From the NCBI RefSeq assembly GCF_009914755.1, contig NC_060931.1: a stretch of 64,000 nucleotides of DNA. One strand, given 5' to 3'. Position numbers and translations under genes: made by a program. The first letter of the stretch is position 1; every line of letters starts with the position of its first letter. Below the pieces are notes generated by a model. The model saw only the letters and a list, made by a program, of their open reading frames with translations. It ran no database searches and was not told where the DNA came from. Below, piece after piece: positions 61,801-64,000 of the stretch. The DNA comes from the human T2T-CHM13v2.0 reference genome, Homo sapiens.

Positions 61801-64000
61801 TCACAGAGTTTAACCTTTCTTTTCATAGAGGAGTTTGGAAACACACTGTTTGTAAAGTCTGCAAGTGGATACATGGACCTGTTTGAGGCCTTCGTTGGAA
61901 ACGGGATTTCTTCATTGAATGCTAGACGGAAGAATTCTCAGTAAATTCTTTGTGTTGTGTGCATTCAACTCACAGAGTGGAACGTCCCTTTAGACAGAGC
62001 AGATTTGAAACACTCTTTTTGCGGAATTTGCAAGTGGAGATTTCTAGCCATTTGATGCCAACAGTAGAAAGGGAAATATCTTCAAATAAAAACCAGACAG
62101 AATCATTCTCAGAAAATTCTTTGTGATGTGTGCGTTCAACTCACATAGTTTAACCTTTCTTTTCATAGAGCAGTTTGGAAACACTCTGTTTGTAAAGTCT
62201 GCAAGTGGATATATGGACCGCATTGAGGCCTTCGTTGGAAACGGGATTTCTTCATTTCATGCTAGACAGAAGAATTCTCAGTAACTTCTTTGTGCTGTGT
62301 GTATTCAACTCACAGAGTGGAACGTCCCTTTGCACAGAGCAGATTTGAAACACTCTTTTTGTGGAGTTTGCAAGTGGAGATTTCAAGCGATTTGATGCCA
62401 ACAGTAGAAAAGGAAATATCTTCAAATAAAAACTAGACAGAATCATTCTCAGAAACTACTTTGTGATGTGTGCCTTCAACTCACAGAGTTTAACCTTTCT
62501 TTTCTTAGAGCAGTTTAGAAACACTCTGCTTGTTATGTCTGCAAGTGGATATTTGGACCTCTTTGAGGCCTTCGTTGCAAACGGGGTTTCTTCCTTTCAT
62601 GCTAGACTAAGAAGAGTTCTCAGTAACTTTTTTGTGTTGTGTGTATTCAACTCACAGAGTTGAACCTTGCTTTAGAGAGAGCAGATTTGAAACACTCTTG
62701 CTGTGGCATTTTCAGGTGGAGATTTCAAGCGATTTGAGGACAATTGCAGAAAAGGAAATATCTTCGTATAATAACCAGACAGAATCATTCTCAGAAAGTG
62801 CTTTGTGATGTGTGCGTTCAACTCACAGAGTTTAACCTTTCTTTTCATAGAGGAGTTTGGAAACACACTGTTTGTAAAGTCTGCAAGTGGATATATGGAC
62901 CTGTTTGAGGCCTTCGTTGGAAACGGGATTTCTTCATTGAATGCTAGACGGAAGAATTCTCAGTAAATTCTTTGTGTTGTGTGCATTCAACTCACAGAGT
63001 GGAACGTCCCTTTAGACAGAGCAGATTTGAAACACTCTTTCTGCGGAATTTGCAAGTGGAGATTTCTAGCCATTTGATGCCAACAGTAGAAAGGGAAATA
63101 TCTTCAAATAAAAACCAGACAGAATCATTCTCAGAAAATTCTTTGTGATGTGTGCGTTCAACTCACATAGTTTAACCTTTCTTTTCATAGAGCAGTTTGG
63201 AAACACTCTGTTTGTAAAGTCTGCAAGTGGATATATGGACCGCATTGAGGCCTTCGTTGGAAACGGGATTTCTTCATTTCATGCTAGACAGAAGAATTCT
63301 CAGTAACTTCTTTGTGCTGTGTGTATTCAACTCACAGAGTGGAACGTCCCTTTACACAGAGCAGATTTGAAACACTCTTTTTGTGGAGTTTGCAAGTGGA
63401 GATTTCAAGCGATTTGATGCCAACAGTAGAAAAGGAAATATCTTCAAATAAAAACTAGACAGAATCATTCTCAGAAACTACTTTGTGATGTGTGCCTTCA
63501 ACTCACAGAGTTTAACCTTTCTTTTCTTAGAGCAGTTTAGAAACACTCTGCTTGTTATGTCTGCAAGTGGATATTTGGACCTCTTTGAGGCCTTCGTTGC
63601 AAACGGGGTTTCTTCCTTTCATGCTAGACTAAGAAGAGTTCTCAGTAACTTTTTTGTGTTGTGTGTATTCAACTCACAGAGTTGAACCTTGCTTTAGAGA
63701 GAGCAGATTTGAAACACTCTTGCTGTGGCATTTTCAGGTGGAGATTTCAAGCGATTTGAGGACAATTGCAGAAAAGGAAATATCTTCGTATAATAACCAG
63801 ACAGAATCATTCTCAGAAAGTGCTTTGTGATGTGTGCGTTCAACTCACAGAGTTTAACCTTTCTTTTCATAGAGGAGTTTGGAAACACACTGTTTGTAAA
63901 GTCTGCAAGTGGATACATGGACCTGTTTGAGGCCTTCGTTGGAAACGGGATTTCTTCATTGAATGCTAGACGGAAGAATTCTCAGTAAATTCTTTGTGTT

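Larger units (their letters stand above)
1..64000 (+). repeat. Centromeric alpha-satellite higher-order repeat array: 6-mer, 1022-bp HOR, about 62.6 copies, SF1 dimeric type, most likely human chr7 D7Z1 (S1C7H1L)
   Basis: Typical alphoid motifs throughout (CATTCTCAGAAA, TTCAACTCACAGAG, TTTGAAACACTCTTT, CTTCGTTGGAAACGGGA). The ORF track repeats every 1022 bp (127, 1149, 2171 ...), with only three phase shifts: -1 near 36.8 kb, -1 near 45.0 kb, -4 near 46.9 kb. Copies differ by a few bases per kb. Alpha satellite is certain. The D7Z1 call (about 0.85) rests on the 6-mer length and EcoRI dimer/tetramer pattern known for D7Z1; other SF1 arrays with 6-mers (D1Z7/D5Z2/D19Z3, D10Z1) were not excluded by alignment. 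Confidence 0.99.

Noticed and set aside
127-63918. About 190 short ORFs of 64-74 aa on both strands (MMCAFNSQ..., MFPNSSMK..., MILSSFYL...)
   Set aside because: They are chance open frames in alpha satellite, repeated with the HOR. Many start at GTG/TTG, they appear and vanish with single variants, and they show no recognisable domain or gene context. I used them only as variant markers.
1-64000. CRISPR-like array of regularly spaced conserved motifs
   Set aside because: The sequence between motifs is itself repeated, with no unique spacers, leader or cas genes. It is a eukaryotic satellite.
1-64000. A novel system or hidden code in the order of HOR variants
   Set aside because: The pattern is explained by ordinary tandem duplication, unequal exchange and gene conversion. 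Nothing points to a templated or programmed mechanism.
1-64000. Embedded L1, Alu or other insertion, or a strand inversion
   Set aside because: The 1022-bp phase holds from end to end apart from 6 bp of deletions. There is no poly-A tail, target-site duplication or reverse-strand monomer.

Overview
The whole 64 kb window is one uninterrupted, head-to-tail primate (human-type) centromeric alpha-satellite array. It holds about 62.6 copies of a 1022-bp, 6-monomer higher-order repeat (HOR). Monomer lengths are 171/171/169/171/169/171 bp, in the dimeric suprachromosomal family 1 (SF1) layout, with a CENP-B box in every second monomer. The 6-mer size, the EcoRI pattern (340 + 682 bp) and the monomer sequences best fit the active chromosome 7 array D7Z1 (S1C7H1L); this is from recall, not a database search. 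I see no genes, RNA genes, transposon insertions, inversions or HOR monomer-number variants. All listed ORFs are by-products of the repeat. I found no new biological system. The information here is in the rare variants between HOR copies. They show nested multi-HOR duplications (an 11-HOR block with an internal 2-HOR duplication, plus 4-, 6-, 8- and 3-HOR offsets), a haplotype transition near 50-51 kb, a four-state mutable site, clustered mutations, and uneven loss of CENP-B boxes. HOR copies are numbered from copy 1, which starts at about position 110. Variants were read by eye, so some may be missed.
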